The translations under genes and the position numbers were made by a program. A model generated the notes under the pieces. The model had not been told where the DNA came from, searched no databases, and saw only the letters and a list, made by a program, of their open reading frames with translations. Shown piece after piece: positions 1 through 14,800 of a stretch of 64,000 nt of DNA. The stretch is from Stylophora pistillata (lineage: Eukaryota), in NCBI RefSeq assembly GCF_002571385.2, contig NW_019217991.1:6896-70895 (forward strand), read 5' to 3'. The stretch's first letter is position 1. Each line of letters opens with the position of its first letter.

Positions 1-3000
1 TACGTGAAACATACTTCCTTTACCACTTGGTTCGTAAATGGATTTTGTCTCACAATTTCCTCACGGACATCACAACGGATTTACCAAAGTGGCTACAAAC
101 GAATTACTGAAATACTTATCATTCGTGTGGCGACTTTATAGAGATCAGACAGTTCAATTTCTAAGAAGGTTTGTGATGTTCTTGGATGTTAAATGCCACC
201 GTTATCATTCTTTCACTCCTAACCGTAGTATACACAACGAAGTGGGTGCTTGTTGGCTCTGATTATATTTCATGCGTTGAAAGTAGCGAAGGAAGTCGCA
301 GCTGACTCGTGGTTAGCTATTGGAACTGCTTTTCACAATTTTTGCGCCTGGACGTCCATTTGCAACTGACTTATCGTATATACTGCTGCTCTGTTTGAAG
401 GTGAGCTGTTGAATGATTATTTTATTATGATTTTGTTTTGGAGTCGTTAAACGTATTCCGATATGCACTTTTAGCTACAAACATAAGTCATAAGTTTCGA
501 ACTGAAGTCACACGATTTCAGCAACGACATAGTTGTCCATATACATAACTGCAACAGAAGCTCTCTGCGTGCTCTCCACTTAGTTGCGTGCAAGTCAAGA
601 TCCATTTCAAAGTATGCTTCTTAGCTTTGGTCTTTAAATAAAAGTTAAACGGTTAATTACAGAAAATGATGTAAAGAGATTAGAGGATTAATAGCCAGGT
701 GTTTTTATCATATTTCCACTCAGGTTTAAGCCGATTGTTAAGTCATGTCAACAACTTTCTACACTGGAAACACATCCACAATGAGTCGCATGATATTTTA
801 AAATGATAATCAACATTTTCTTTTTGTATTGAACAGATGGTTATTGTAATAAAAATGACCTGTGCTTGGAACTCATTGAAAAGGAAACTGTCGTTAATTA
901 GTTGCGATTAGACAATTTTGACCCAGTTCTTTGAAACCTGTAATCGCATAATTTACTGACAAACTTTCAACTAAAGCTTTTATTATCTTAAAATTCCTTG
1001 CTGCATGTTGCTTTTAAGCATCATTTATTTAAGAATATACATGGCAAAGTGGAAAACAGAATTCTTTTTTCCCTTTCTAGTTTACTCTGGTCAAACTAAC
1101 CGGGCTCTAATGCACATTTAATTCATATACATAGTGTGACGAACTTATAAGATACAGTTACAGGCAGATTATCTAACAATTTGACTTTTTAAAAGTCACA
1201 CAACTAATTGTTACAGTTCGGAAGGTTCACGGCTCTCTTAAAACCAGGAAAATCTGAGATACGTTGCGGATAGCTAATAAAGCAACATCTCCGAGCAAGC
1301 CCATGCAGGGTACGAAAAAATCAGTGGTTGTCTTCAGCAAAAACGACTTGAAGTGTGTAATGTTTGCTGATTTTATCTAACATCTATGTTAATGAAATCA
1401 CCAGTGTTTGTGTTTCTTTCGATCCACTCTGTTTACGTCCTTAAAAGTGTTGTTTTCCCACGGTTTTAAATGGAACAGGTGAACGGCGATCATTAAATGT
1501 CGATGAAGAGCAATATTACATTTCAATCATCAAATATATATCCTTCTTAGGTTTTTTCATCAGAAAGGTTTGTAAGCCTGAAATCAAACAGCTGTTTAGC
1601 GTTTCCCTATGTTCAAGAAGTTGAAAGAAATCCACAGAAGAGGGTGAAGTAAAGTGGTTGTTTTATTTTGTCCCCTTTTAGGTGCAATAATGGTAATTGG
1701 TAAGATATATTAGTTTTGGTTAAAACAGCTATTTCATTGCGGCCTTCATGGTTCACGCCATTAAAACGAGCTTTACCATGACCTGCGTTAAAACCAAATT
1801 CCTTTGACTGGATAGCGTTTTGACTCTAGTAAACATTCGAGATCATTCACCCGTGGTTCTTGATCATCACCATGCAGAGAGATACACTTGTAATCATTGG
1901 GCTGCCTTAGGCATAATAAGCATAGCTAAACACATTTTTGATCTTTATTTTCATATGAAGGAAGAAATACTTCTCCATGTTCGTTGTAACATTATGAAGA
2001 CTTCTTAAACACAGCTAGTCTCCACTTTATTGTTAAAAACCAAATACTGAAGAATATTATGGAACGTTTCTGTTCACTCGCATGCCTTCCATTTTGCCTA
2101 GATGCAAAGCTTCTAATAATATGGCCACCGACCGCCCTCATGGATGATCAACATTAAAATTTTCCCATATTTTTCCGACATATTTCCTTTGGAAGGGCAT
2201 CCAAGAATCTACACCAAATTTGTTTTAAAATTGTTTAGAGATGATCAATAAAAAGCCTTTTTGAGGTATTACTTTCTTTACCGCCAAACTGCGACTATGT
2301 GGAGTCGATTGCTGATAAGTCAGAGGTTAAAACGCCGTGTTTACAGCATTCAGCGAGGCGTAAGTACATTTGGTATCAACCAATATAGTTCAGCTCTCCA
2401 ACCGGATACTCAGATCATTCGTCTTTAGTGGAAATGTACCTTACCATATCTGATGTTAATGGGAAACTGAATTTCTCAATATTGGTTTTTCTTCATAACT
2501 GATTCAGACATGGATCAAATGAATCATTGTGTCAGCGACAAAGAATCTAAATGTAAACATGTCATGATTAATGCGGTTTTAAAGAATGGATCAGACAGTT
2601 TGACTCCGAGCAATTTTGCCTTAAGGAAACAAATTTGAAATAAATGAAACTCGTTTTATTGCTAAGTTTATTGAAACTTGACGGTCTCGTGTTGAAATAT
2701 AAGCCACAAAAATAATCATTACTTTTTCGGCCTTGATTAGGAAAAATATTGGAATTGTTAATTCTCAGGAAATACATTTCTACGTTCTTAAATTAACTTG
2801 CATTGTGCTTTATTCCCTTCCTTTGTCAGATATGACATTAATGTACATAAAACTCAGCTTTGAGATGCTTTTTTCAGGTGTGATCAGAGTGGCAGGAAAT
2901 GGTACTTGAAAATTCGTATTTCGTTAGTAACAGTAAACTAATCTCTCATTATAATGTTTCTTTCCATCAAAAATTTGAAGATCGAAAAGAGATTAGTTTG

Positions 3001-6000
3001 GTCAGCTTAATAACTTGAAATCAACTTTACTGAATGACTACTTTCCCTTGGTGCTGCTCATTTCAGTGATTAGGTGTGGTCTTCATCGACACCGCGAAGA
3101 GTGGTTTGCTAAAATATTCAAGATTACATATCTCAGGAAAGGTAGGAGTTTCTTCATTGTACAAATCCGGTAATTAAAAAAAGCAAAGCGCTATTTAGTT
3201 TTTGTGTGTTAGCATTAGTAAAGAGTGAATTTAAGGTAACCATTCGCCCTCAGTCGTTTTTGCTTCCATAGAAAGGTTCGAAACGTCGTGGCCGGAAAAT
3301 TGTTTTAAACATTTCTCTTGAAACATAATTATGATTCCTAGGAATTTCTAGCATCTCTGTCAAAAAGAGATTAACGGTGAGCCAATGACGTTATTTTAGC
3401 TTTTTTCGCTATGATTAATCTTTTTCCTGTTTTTCTGTCGACTAAAAAGGAAATTAAATCGACAGGCGAACTCAAAAGCAAGCACTTATTCCCTTAAACT
3501 TAGCAATTCCAGGCGATGTTTCGTACACATCTGAGAAACATTTCCTAAATCAGCTTGCCTGCCGCTTGGATAAATATATCCGTTAGCTAAAGGAGAGCCA
3601 GCCGAATTCGTCATCAAATATATAATGAGTTTCTTTCGGTACATGTCTTAATGTGTTTTCCAGTTGTGATACCATAAAATCCCACATCGTTGTGGAAGAT
3701 CAGATGGGCTGCTTGTCTCGAAGTGTTAGTGTAAACTGCTGTCCTGCAGTCGCACAATCGCAGCAGGTTAGTTACTGAAAAGTACTCTAACACCGTTGGA
3801 GAGAACTGTAAAGTTGGGTGACATTTTCAGGGTCTTTTTGGAGCAGACCAAAGCGTTAAGAAGAGGTAAAAACATTGAATGAAAATTTGTGGATTTTTCT
3901 GGCAATGCGAGGTATAGTTTGTGCTTTCAGGTTCACATGCTGTAGTGAGCTATTGATATAATCAGGACACCACTGGCCTGCCGTGAACTGCTCTTTTTCG
4001 GTACGAGTTGTTTGTGTAAAAATGTGTTTGTTTTGTTGTTTTCAACTGTCTGAATTCCATTCTTTTAGAACCTCGTGACTTATAACCTCCAGAGAATACA
4101 TTGTCTCCAGATATGATGCGGCGATGAGACAGATTGCTTTTTCTTTCTGTTTTGTTAAAAAACAGCGGAGAGAGACAGCCCAGTTTTACTCAAATCTGAC
4201 CTTACTAACACAAAGATTATTACTGTGGAAATCATTACCAAGAACATCGCTCCAAAAAACTACTAATTCGTGTAGTAAGAATGTTGATTTCATCCGTACG
4301 TTGAATCATTTCCAACAGGATCGCATTACGGTTAACCTGACGTATGTTAGATATGCTTACATTGTTCTTGTATTCATGAACACAAGATTGAATTGATAGG
4401 TTTTCCATAATTTTTAGATTAGATTAAAAATAGCAACAGTGACATTAGGTAGAGTGTGAGTAGCTAAAAGCGTTGGTTTGGATTGTATATGAGTAATCTC
4501 CAGCTCTTCGGCCAAAGAACCCGAATTACTACGCGGTTTCACGTAAAAGAAGCAGAAAAACATACACATGTGAAAGGAGCTTCCTTGCCCTCCATCATTG
4601 AGAAATTAATGTCGGCGACTAAGCTCATATTTACTGCTAAGTAATCCATCTCCAAAATGGAAAACTTCAAATTTGCATATCGGCTTGATTAATTTTTCGT
4701 GTTTTGATCTCACGACCCAAATTGTTCATGCGGCTTTTATAAAGCAGGTCTTATAAAGAACAAATTGCCCCTTGTGATATCTTTGACATACACGTCTTAG
4801 AGTGAAACATTATCTGTCTGCTGACAGGTTGACTTTTGCCCCTTGTCTTAAATTTAGCCATCAGAACAGATTTTCTTTAAAAGGATCGACAAATACACTT
4901 TGTATAAAATGGTATACCTAAGCAAACTTTAAGTCAAGCGACACAAAAATAGGAGTCAGGTCCGCCCCTTTTAACAAACTATACATTTTATCTCGAATTC
5001 TAAGAAATGCGAAGAATCTTAGGTAAGGAAAGGTAATACGACAAATGTCAAAATTTAGGAGAATCGCGACGTTCCTTGAATACTACAATGCTTACTGACC
5101 TGACTAGCATGACATAACTAGAAATTATTGCCTTTCCAAAATTACTTGCATGTCTTCTGGAATGATTTCAAACAAAAGTTTCAAGTGGCGAAAAACACCA
5201 GAAAGTTGAATATGTCAAACGAGACTATTGTTCTGAAACTTATGCTGATTTTTTCCTGTTTCTTCATTTAATTTTTTTAACTCCTGTTATGTAATCAGCA
5301 TACATCATTTTCGCCAAAGGAAAACCGGGAAGTTTTCACCGAAAATCTTTGTTCTTTTCAGTCCTCGATCGCTAGGAAACATTCCGTCACGGCTGGTAAT
5401 TTTTCAAGTGATTTAAGATCCGGGAACTTTAAGTAATAGGACATCTAGAAAGGAAGCATCAAATCCCTGTGGCAGAAGATCTATAATGCAGATAAACAGT
5501 TCAAAATACTGCATGAAACTTATACCCTTCTAAGAGGGGGGATTGTTTTCTGGCACTGGAGAACATAACAGAGTTTCTGACACTAGCAGCATAACCCACG
5601 TGCTAGTGACTAATCCTGGAGAGGAGCGCGTTGATACGTGATACAAGGCTTTTATTTCGTTTCGTAAGTGTGACATCTGAGCAATGTGGTAAAAGCGAAT
5701 CGTTAAATGGACATAAAAGGATTCACCACATGCCACGCTTTCCTAAACTTGTCTGCCTCATCGGTGAACGGATGTGGTTAAGTTTGGTGACCAAGGCAAC
5801 TGAGTAATCCACACCATTAGTGGCGTAATTAGTTTTTAATCATTCTTCTACATTCTAAAACATTGTCAACGGTGAAAGTACGTGGTTTTGATGTGGCTGG
5901 TGGCTTTTAGGCGTTGACTATTTGTATGTACCTTCAATTACTCTGTTTGTCATTTTAGAAGATAAAAAATCTGGTATCTCTGATTCCAAGCTACTTAAAG

Positions 6001-6650
6001 CGTGCTTTTTCATAATGTCTTTACCCTTTATATACTTCTGTATTGATAAAAAAGAGAGTTTTCAGTCATTCTTGCATGTTCTTTTTAAATTATAATAATA
6101 GTAATTAAAAGATATCTTGGATTAAAAAATTTAAAGGTTGTTCAACCGCACCTAACATTCAAAGCTAAAAGCTTTAAACGAAGACTCCTTAAAAAACCTG
6201 TGGTTTTTATCCAACAATTATGAAAGAAAACATTGTTGTTTAGTTGAAAAGAGATTGCGTTTCAAAATAATTATTCCTCTACGGACAAAGAGGTGGAGAC
6301 TGCATGACACACCAAATAAAACTGACCTAGAGGGCACGGATTGAGACATGATCAGGCATTGCTATGACACAAAAAGATCACTTGACGAGATAATTAGCTT
6401 AGTGGCGAGCCAATACTACACAACTTCACTTCTTGACAAAGTGCATGCTTCAGACTAATCTCGATGCGATTTTAAGAATCTAGCGAGTTTTGGCTACCAG
6501 CAGGAATCCGCAAGTGACCTCTTCACATAAATACCCGTTTTGTTCCTTCCTCTGAACAGAAGGCAAGTAAAGTCAAGAAGGAAAGCATCGAGTTGATGCG
6601 GATTTAGAGTTAGATTCAAGACTGGAGAGAGATACAAGTTTGCAAACGCC

Positions 6651-9600
6651 ATGGATGAAACAAGGGTTCGCCTTACACTAGTTTTTATTTGGATGTTATT
6701 AGGTAGGTATTTATCACCCGTTTTCAATCTACCATAGTTTCAAATCGACCACAATGTGCCATTGCTTAGGGTTTTGTTGGTCTAAACAACTCCTACAGAT
6801 CTACAGAATGTTGCGTCTTTAATAAGAATCTAAAACCTTGCTGTGTTATTTTCTGTATGTACTATATATAGTGCTGCCAAGATGCGAAGCCAGTAAAGAC
6901 AATTGTCTTAACATCGTTCAGTACATTTACCACAGCCTCGGATTAAGAAGTCGTGCACAAGGCACTCCGAATATAGCGGGAGAGTGGACCTCATCGAGGT
7001 AGGAACGTATAAATATAATTTAATCAAGTCACACTGATTATTTCAAGGAAATACTACAGTGCGTGTTGTAATCCCGAGGATTAATAAACGTTTCAACAAC
7101 ATAATCCCTGATAAGGGGCGGCAATATACTCAGCGAAACGTATTTAAGTTATCCGTTGCTTTCACTTGTGGTAAACATTCGAACTTAATTATTGTTTATT
7201 ACTGTTGGCGACTTCGAGCGTGAAGGGGGGAGGAGATAAAGCAAATTAACTCCAGAGATGAGCGTCTACCTGACTGGAGGCGTTCGTAATTGCTTCGATT
7301 TTTACAATTGGTTCACTGAGACAGAAAATTCCTGTCATTTTGACAGGAACATAACTGAGTATGTGAAGACCCAAAAGTAGCAGCATCTCACTGTTTATTG
7401 GCCAGTTGTCTTTCAACATTGCTACCTTAGGGAGTTATCAAGTTAATTGATTAATATGTGTGTAAATGAACATCATATGTACTGGTAACGGTGCGCTAAA
7501 TGATTTTCACTCTCGACGTTGTTTATTGGTGGTCAAATGGCCTCGACAGTTTCAAGCGCCATTACTTTGTGCTCTTTTATTCATGATGAGTACTATGGGC
7601 ATCTTGGAATCCTAACAACGGAAACTCTTTCATTTTTGTTGAAAGTTAGGGCGAGGTCCACTTAAAGTCAGTTCATAATTTTCAAAGTATGGATTCATAA
7701 GTGGCAGTATGATAGCAATTTTTTTCACAAGTCACAGACATTTAATTTGTTTTATTTCAAGATAGGCTAGTTCTCCTATCCGTCATTTCACAAGTTATCG
7801 TGTGAATTTTAGAAGTTACAAAAAAATTTTTGAGTGGAATGCCGACGAAGGCTTGTTTTGTTTCGAACTCAATCCAAAAAAGAATCGGATCAAAGGTCAA
7901 AACATGTCACTTTCCATGAGCTTAATGGACTGGATTTTTTCGTATTCTTTCCCTGGGTTATCGTAAAGGCAAGATTTAATCAAAACAATATTAATACGAC
8001 AGGTAATAATTATAGGAAACAACACGTCTCAGTCATTGTCATCCCATGAAAGGCATCATTACACGCACGAACAAATAACGCTAGGATCTTGTACAGAACA
8101 AAAGATACTCTTTCTTGTGTGATCATTAGTAATAATGCGACCACATTTGATGAAAACTCCTGGCAAAATGCAGATCTATCGTCGAATATGTTACGTGATG
8201 TAAGAACTCCCATCGTTGCCCTTCAGCCATTCATTCGCTTCCATGTTGAAAAACAAGTCCACTGCTACGCACGTGATCCACACTTTACTCCATAATCCTT
8301 CTAGGCCAAGAGCTCAAATTTGTGTTGGCAGTTGGCCCAATAATTTATACTAACCTTTTTGTCGTATCTAAACACATATCTTTAAAAAGAGTAAATTTAC
8401 TGTCTAAGCTAAGCCCGAAAACTAAACGAGCCGGTCCAGACCGTAAGCGATATTGAGATGTTTTGAGCTGTGTTTATGTCTAATAAAAGCTCATTATAAA
8501 AATGAACACTGCGTGAGGCCATGTTATCTTACGAATACTTTCTCTCAAGTGCTTTATTGAAACTTTTAATTCAACCATTCAACCATTCCAACTAAACCAC
8601 CGGCAAGGTTTATGATGCGTGTCTTTCTGAGTCAGCAACAGGAGGCTTTAGATAACTATAAACGACGAACTCAGACACATATAGATAACCGAGGAACTTT
8701 AATGTGTAAATTGTCTCTACTTAAGATAAGGTCTCAGGCAATAAAGCTCTTAAGCGTTTTAAGATATCAAAACGCAAAACGTGATATTGGCAACTTTGCA
8801 ACCTATCTGTAGCCAGAAGCATGACATCGGTATCCAAGCGTTGCAAAATTTACCTGAAGGACTGAAATAACGACTGATAAATGGCGTACTTAAAAGAGGT
8901 ATAGAAGGAAAAAAGACCTTCTCATTAGAATTACTTTAGACTTAAGAATCTCCGTGAAAGAGTTGTTCATCATACAATATTTATCAGATAACAAAAAATG
9001 CTTCATTCTATTTTAAATCAGTGACTAGGATAAACGCTAGATTTCATTAAACCATGCGAATACCGGTCAGAGTGTTTGGATGACGCAGCGCACGCGGTAC
9101 TACGTAGGTGTATTTGGGAGCTTTCCATATTGGCTGACATAGAGTCGGATAGATTTACGAGTTGCTTTTTTCTCCGTGGCAAGATGTTATATCTATTGTT
9201 ATTCCCTAGTCACTACAACTTTTAAATCCCACTTACGTGATCGCAATTGAACGCGTACCGACTTGTTCACGAAAACATCTCCAAAACACCTAGATTTCAA
9301 CGGAAGTTCTTTTTGCAGAACAAGTTTTTAATGCAATTTATACTAGATTTATCGCATTTGCAAAACACATCTCTTGAAGCAATAAGAGAGTTTTCACGCC
9401 CCTTTAAGTCATAAATTTTATATACCGTACTTCAAAAATTGTATGTCTATTTGGCTAAATAAGTCTGAATGAAATATGATGGATAGCTGCTCTTTTTTTC
9501 ATGTTATTCCGGCCAAGCATACGAAGCTTTTGCGTTGTCACAATTCCTCTCTAAAATCATGTTAAAATCAAATCAGTGACCTGTATGTATCCTGAGTGAC

Positions 9601-11820
9601 AACAAGTGCAAGGAATACAGACTCACGTAAATTTTTCTTGCTGTATTTGAAGCTTTTAGCTTTAATCGGTGATAAAACTTAACTTCCGGATACTGTCAGC
9701 ATTTGGTCCTATGGTGCTCTTGAGTAGGATAAATGAGCCGGCTTGGTTCGAACGCTGGAAAGACTTGACTGACTCATGTGATTACTATCAATTTCGCGGA
9801 TCCGCGTCACCAACCCCTTCAATCGCGTCACGGTTTAGATCTCCGCAATAAGCTACCTCCCGCTGAACGAGTCGGGTTTTAAGGAAAGTAGAATTTATGT
9901 TTAAAAATTTTTATTAGATAAAAACTTTACTGTATAATTTTCATGCTTTCACGCGAGATTTAGAGCAAATTTGCTAGTCAAATTTACTTGAACTACACTT
10001 CAGTGTCCTATCACTAGGTACCAATAATTATGAGTTCAGTCGTCTAATAGGGCAGCACCAAGTCACTTAAAGTACTCTTCCTCATCTTTTGGCTAGATAT
10101 TAGTCACTTGAAATCAAGAGTTAAATGGTTTGGACTGATAGCCACCATATTTTCTGGGATCACTGGTCCCTATTTCTAAGATAAAATAATGAAGAACACT
10201 GGGGTTCAAGTCATTTGAACTGTATGAATATTAATCAGCGCTAGGTATGTCAACCTGAATTTTGCAACTGTCAATCATCTTATTTCTTGCGAATAAATTA
10301 ATATTGACATGTCAAGCGTCACAGTAATTTAAGCAACATTTTGCTAACTTATTGATTATTTCTGTTTCATATTAAGCTGTGAGGTGAGACCTGGTCCACA
10401 GTTTTTTACACGATATATCAAGATCTTACAAAACTCCACGTGGGAAGGTTATTTCCATCGGTATAACGACTCGCAATGTTCCGAACCCAAGTTAAGTCTT
10501 TACATGAGAGGATTTTACAAGGTGATGGACGAACCTTTGGAATTCATCAAAGGCAGTAACAAGGCATTCTTCAACTTTTCAACGATAGAACTCTACCCTC
10601 ACAACAGCTACGAGCAGGAGATAGCCATCAATACGTCAACCCGTCATTGTCGAAATACGCTGAAGGTTGTGAGAACCCTAGACTCCACAGATGTTTTTGC
10701 GGTAGATAAAAGAGCATTTAGAAGACGTGCTTGTAGGAGCGCGTTTGGATTCTCCGAATCGGAATTTTCTGGGTTGAAGCTCGAAACTCGGAGAAAGAAG
10801 AGCTCCAAATATGACAAGTTGTATTTTGGTGGGGTCCCCACCATAAGAGCTCCCAGAAAGTATAAGCCCAGGTCTTACCAGCTCCCATTGATCAAGTACA
10901 ATTCTCATAACTGTACCAAATGTATGAAAATTCGATTAGGTACTGGTGCGCGTCCACCAAAGTTTGTATGGAAACCACCTCGTCTGTGGCGATTAGAGGG
11001 AGAGTGGGCCAGCACAACTTGTGAGGCAAGCCCAGGAGGTGCGTTCTTAACGCGTCACTTTAAATTCACTAGTAGTCAGAGTTCACGTAGATGGGAATGT
11101 CATTATTACTTCTATGTGGATTCAGAATGCAAGAAGCGTGACTTTGAGCTGAACGGGAAAGGACACTTCTCGTATGCAACACCTTCTAAAAAGGTTAACG
11201 GGGCTGCTGAATATGTGTTCACCATGACAGAGGCAGCAATCAAGCCATTTGATAGAATTACCACTCGAATGTTGAACACCGCTACACCTAATACATGTGG
11301 CAAAACTGGGACTTGGAAGACAAACGTCAAGCAAGATATCACAGGAACTCAGGGTTGTAAATTGTACGGCATCTCACTCCCGATCACCGAGTACGATCTC
11401 CTGAAGATGGACACTGATCATGGAGACAACAGACTTCTCTATGTGGGACAAAGAGCCAGTGATGGTTCTGACCCCTCCTCTCCCTCAAAGAGGGCAACGT
11501 CTTTCCAAGTACCACTTATCGAATGTTCATCGTACAAATTTAAATTTGTACCTCCTACAACTCGCCCAACAACTCGTCCAACCACCAGGAGTGGAATTGT
11601 GCTCTCTATTAGGACGTTGCCTACCAAGATAAAGAAAATTACCACAAGAAGGCGAACTGATCGAGATCCTGGCCGTAAAACAACCCACAGCAGAAGTGGA
11701 AATGGTTCTGATGCCAACAGAGAGAATGTTGGATATCTTTACCGAAACAGTGCAGCCAGCTTGTTAAGCAAACTTTTATTGGTACTAAGCACAGTCCTCG
11801 TTAGCACGTGGATTGACTAA
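6651..11820 (+). CDS. APCDD1: APCDD1-like cell-surface Wnt inhibitor, ~540 aa; exons 6651-6702, 6872-6998, 10377-11820
   Basis: ATG in gccATGg context. Exon 1 encodes a signal peptide (MDETRVRLTLVFIWMLL|VLPRCEA). GT/AG junctions join with consistent phases 1 and 2 to give IAGEWTSSS|CEVRPGPQFFTR. A second repeat reads LEGEWASTTCEASPGGAFLTRHF, followed by LYVGQRASDGSDPSSPSKRATSFQVPL. Both match the two APCDD1 domains. Hydrophobic C-terminus. Confidence 0.9.
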
Positions 11821-14800
11821 AATTTCCAGGAATAGTGAAATGCTATACGAAACATGTAACAGAGCTCCTTTTGAACTTTAAAAGAAAACATTTGTGCAAT
11901 TTTAGTGCGGTTAAAAGGTGGCGTATGTCATAGATTAAAACTTTTCCACTTGAAAATTGTCATATGGAGCCCTTCTCAATCTCCGAATAGAGAAAGACTG
12001 GGGCCGAAATTCAGTAAAGAGCTGCAGAAGTATAAGTGGCAGAAGGTAACGTCAAACCTTCTTTAAGCATCATTCCTTGAATGAATTTGTTAATGAGGAA
12101 ATGTTCCTTTTTTATTTTGATCTATTTTTCTTAGTTAATTAGCAGTAATAGCAACGTACATCAAAATTGGGCAGTTCTTTAACCATCTGATTTATTTTCC
12201 AATAAGGCGATATTTTTTTTTAGCAAATGGATTATATGAACATAGTGGTGTTGAACTTTTTAATTTCCAACATCAGAATGATTCATGAAAAGAAAGGAAT
12301 TTCTTTTTTAAATTTTCGAGGTGAAACGATTGATTTTTAAGTTATTGCTGTGTATTGCGAAATCTCTGGATAATACTCGCTGAATTTGATTTTGCCAGAA
12401 GAGAGAAAACAATTTTCCTGAAGACTTTCCAAAAACAGGGTCTGAATTCTCTCATGAAATCAAAACATTCTTGGATTAGGTCTGATGTGTTATATCATAA
12501 CTGGGATATTTTACACGCTCTGATTAATGAAAAACTCTATCGCTTTTTGTTAGTTGAGAGATTGACTAGCCTTTCACGTCTTCGCCGAACATTCCAAGAG
12601 AATTCTTACAACAGTAAACCGTTGGAATGTGGGTCTAGTGATTGTCTATTTTTTCAGATGATAACTCTAATGCTGAATAACGAACTAGGGTAACGTCGTA
12701 GGCATTGTTCTGGGTTAAGACAATGGGACGACTGAAATCGTATGTATAAGGGTCGATTTGACGTTTCAACTTCGCCCTTTTCCGCAAGAAAATTAGGAAA
12801 AATTGTTTCCTTAAGACACAAATACTTATGATAATCATGGACTGCGCAAAACGTTGAAAACTTCATACACACAATTCTTGGGTGAAGAGCACCCAAAATT
12901 TGTTTAAGGCACCGTGTAAATCGATCCATATAACTACCAAGCAATGTTTCAGTTCAGTTTTGTAAGTTTAGTTTTGTAAGCAGCGTTGAAAAGGGGAACG
13001 AATTAAATGAAAGTTTTGTAGATAAAATAAATTTTCAAGTAAAACTGCACAGGAGTGTTGGAAAACGTTGTGTCGGTTCCATTTCAAAAGTTTGCGTGTG
13101 ACCTGACCTGCTTTCGGTGAAGTGATGAAAGTTTCTTAAACTTAAACAGAACTCATCAACAGAGTGCAGTCACTTATCGACAATTTGTTTGACAAATGAA
13201 ACCAAGGTCAATTTTTTAATGGGGTTACTTTCCATTTCAAGACACTCAAAACAACCAGCTTTAATTTTGATCTCACCAGGCTTGTACTAAATCGCTAGGA
13301 AAACATCCAGCTATATTTTGCATCAGAACTCACAGAAGGTGTCTGTTGCTCAAATGTAGACGAGTCAGTTGTTTTCTGGATTTTTCTAATTATAGTTAGT
13401 TTGCCGGGGGCTGCGGTACAACATAAGTTAATTACCTTCACGTTGGTACTTATATCTAGTTAAATAGACATAGACTCGAGGTTAACCCCTTTGAGACTAC
13501 CAACAAGATTAAAGTAGAAGCCACGAGCGGTACTAATGATCTCAGCCACAGGAAACGATGCAGACTATTCACTGGGAAATGCATGGGGAGAGGTTAAGCC
13601 GGGTGATACCCCGGAAGATCGCGTTGTAAGCAAATTCTGCATAAGTTCAGTGTTAAGAATACAAATTGACATTTGATTCGCACACTGCAACAGCTACACG
13701 GTGTTTCTCTTACGTTCCTTTAACACTTCACTAATACTTTGGGCAGACATGCACCTATCCTCTGTTTAGTCGGTATATTTCTGTTAATAAATGCGATTAA
13801 TCCCTCCGCATGGGATAACGGATCCATCATCCTGGCAATATGACAACTTCATAAGAGGATGATATAAAAGACCCGCCATTTCTCGAGTCTCTTACCAACC
13901 ATCTTGGACAAATGACTCAAACAAAACCTAGCCTTGGCTGGGAAAAAAAAAATAATAATAATAAAAAAATTAGGGATTTCAGAAGTTCTTGTCGAATATT
14001 TCCCGCGGTAGATGGTAGCAAAGTATGGAAAATGTTGATTGCGACTTTCCTGCCTGTTCTTTAAAAAAGAAAATGAATATTAAAATAAAAATAAAATAAG
14101 CTAACCTGAAAAAAATTTCACTCATTTGCCTTTGATTTCTTTTTTTACTTTAAGAGAAACCGGCACCGTTTTTGCATTTCATTCCCTCAGAAACATCCAG
14201 ATAAAAAACTATTATTGGGTATGTGTTCTCTGCATAGGGCGGTATTCCCAAAGTTCCAAGCCACAGTCACTCCCTCTAAGCTTAAGTTCCATATGACCCA
14301 TATCCCCTTCAGGAATGTTTCCTACATCAAGTAGTTGGCCAAAATGAAAATTGCTTGTACATGCGTCTAACTGTGAACTGGGAAATCTCAAATCGCTACA
14401 GTAGAGGTGACTTCTTTTTCTCGACATTTCATTTTTGTTCAACAACAAAGTAACTTTTAGTTTAGAACTGCTATCGGCGCAATCTCTTATCCAATTAGTT
14501 AATTGTGACTCTTTTGTGTTATTATCCCCTTCAAGGGTAATTTATGGAAGATCATCAGTGGCTGTCCTCTTTACCCCGAGCTCAGTTCAACACTTTAAAT
14601 ATCAACAGCAACTTTTAGTTCAAGTAGGAGACATGACACCCACAATAGTTGAAATTGAACTTGCAGCGCTTGTTAATGGTTTTACTGCAGATGAACGTTA
14701 ATAATCTTGTTTGTCTGCCGCTAAAAGCAGAAATACCGACGGGGTGCCGTATAAGACATGCATATAGAATAATGATTTCCTGTTCCCGGCGTAGTACAGC

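Noticed and set aside
300-406. Coding first exon of APCDD1 ending at GAAG|GTGAG
   Set aside because: The required frame has an upstream stop and no ATG; a better signal-peptide exon exists at 6651. It could still be a non-coding 5' exon.
10644-11717. Antisense or overlapping ORFs within APCDD1 (and likewise within KHK), and the many 60-100 aa ORFs elsewhere
   Set aside because: Shadow frames of real CDS or chance ORFs with no recognisable motifs.
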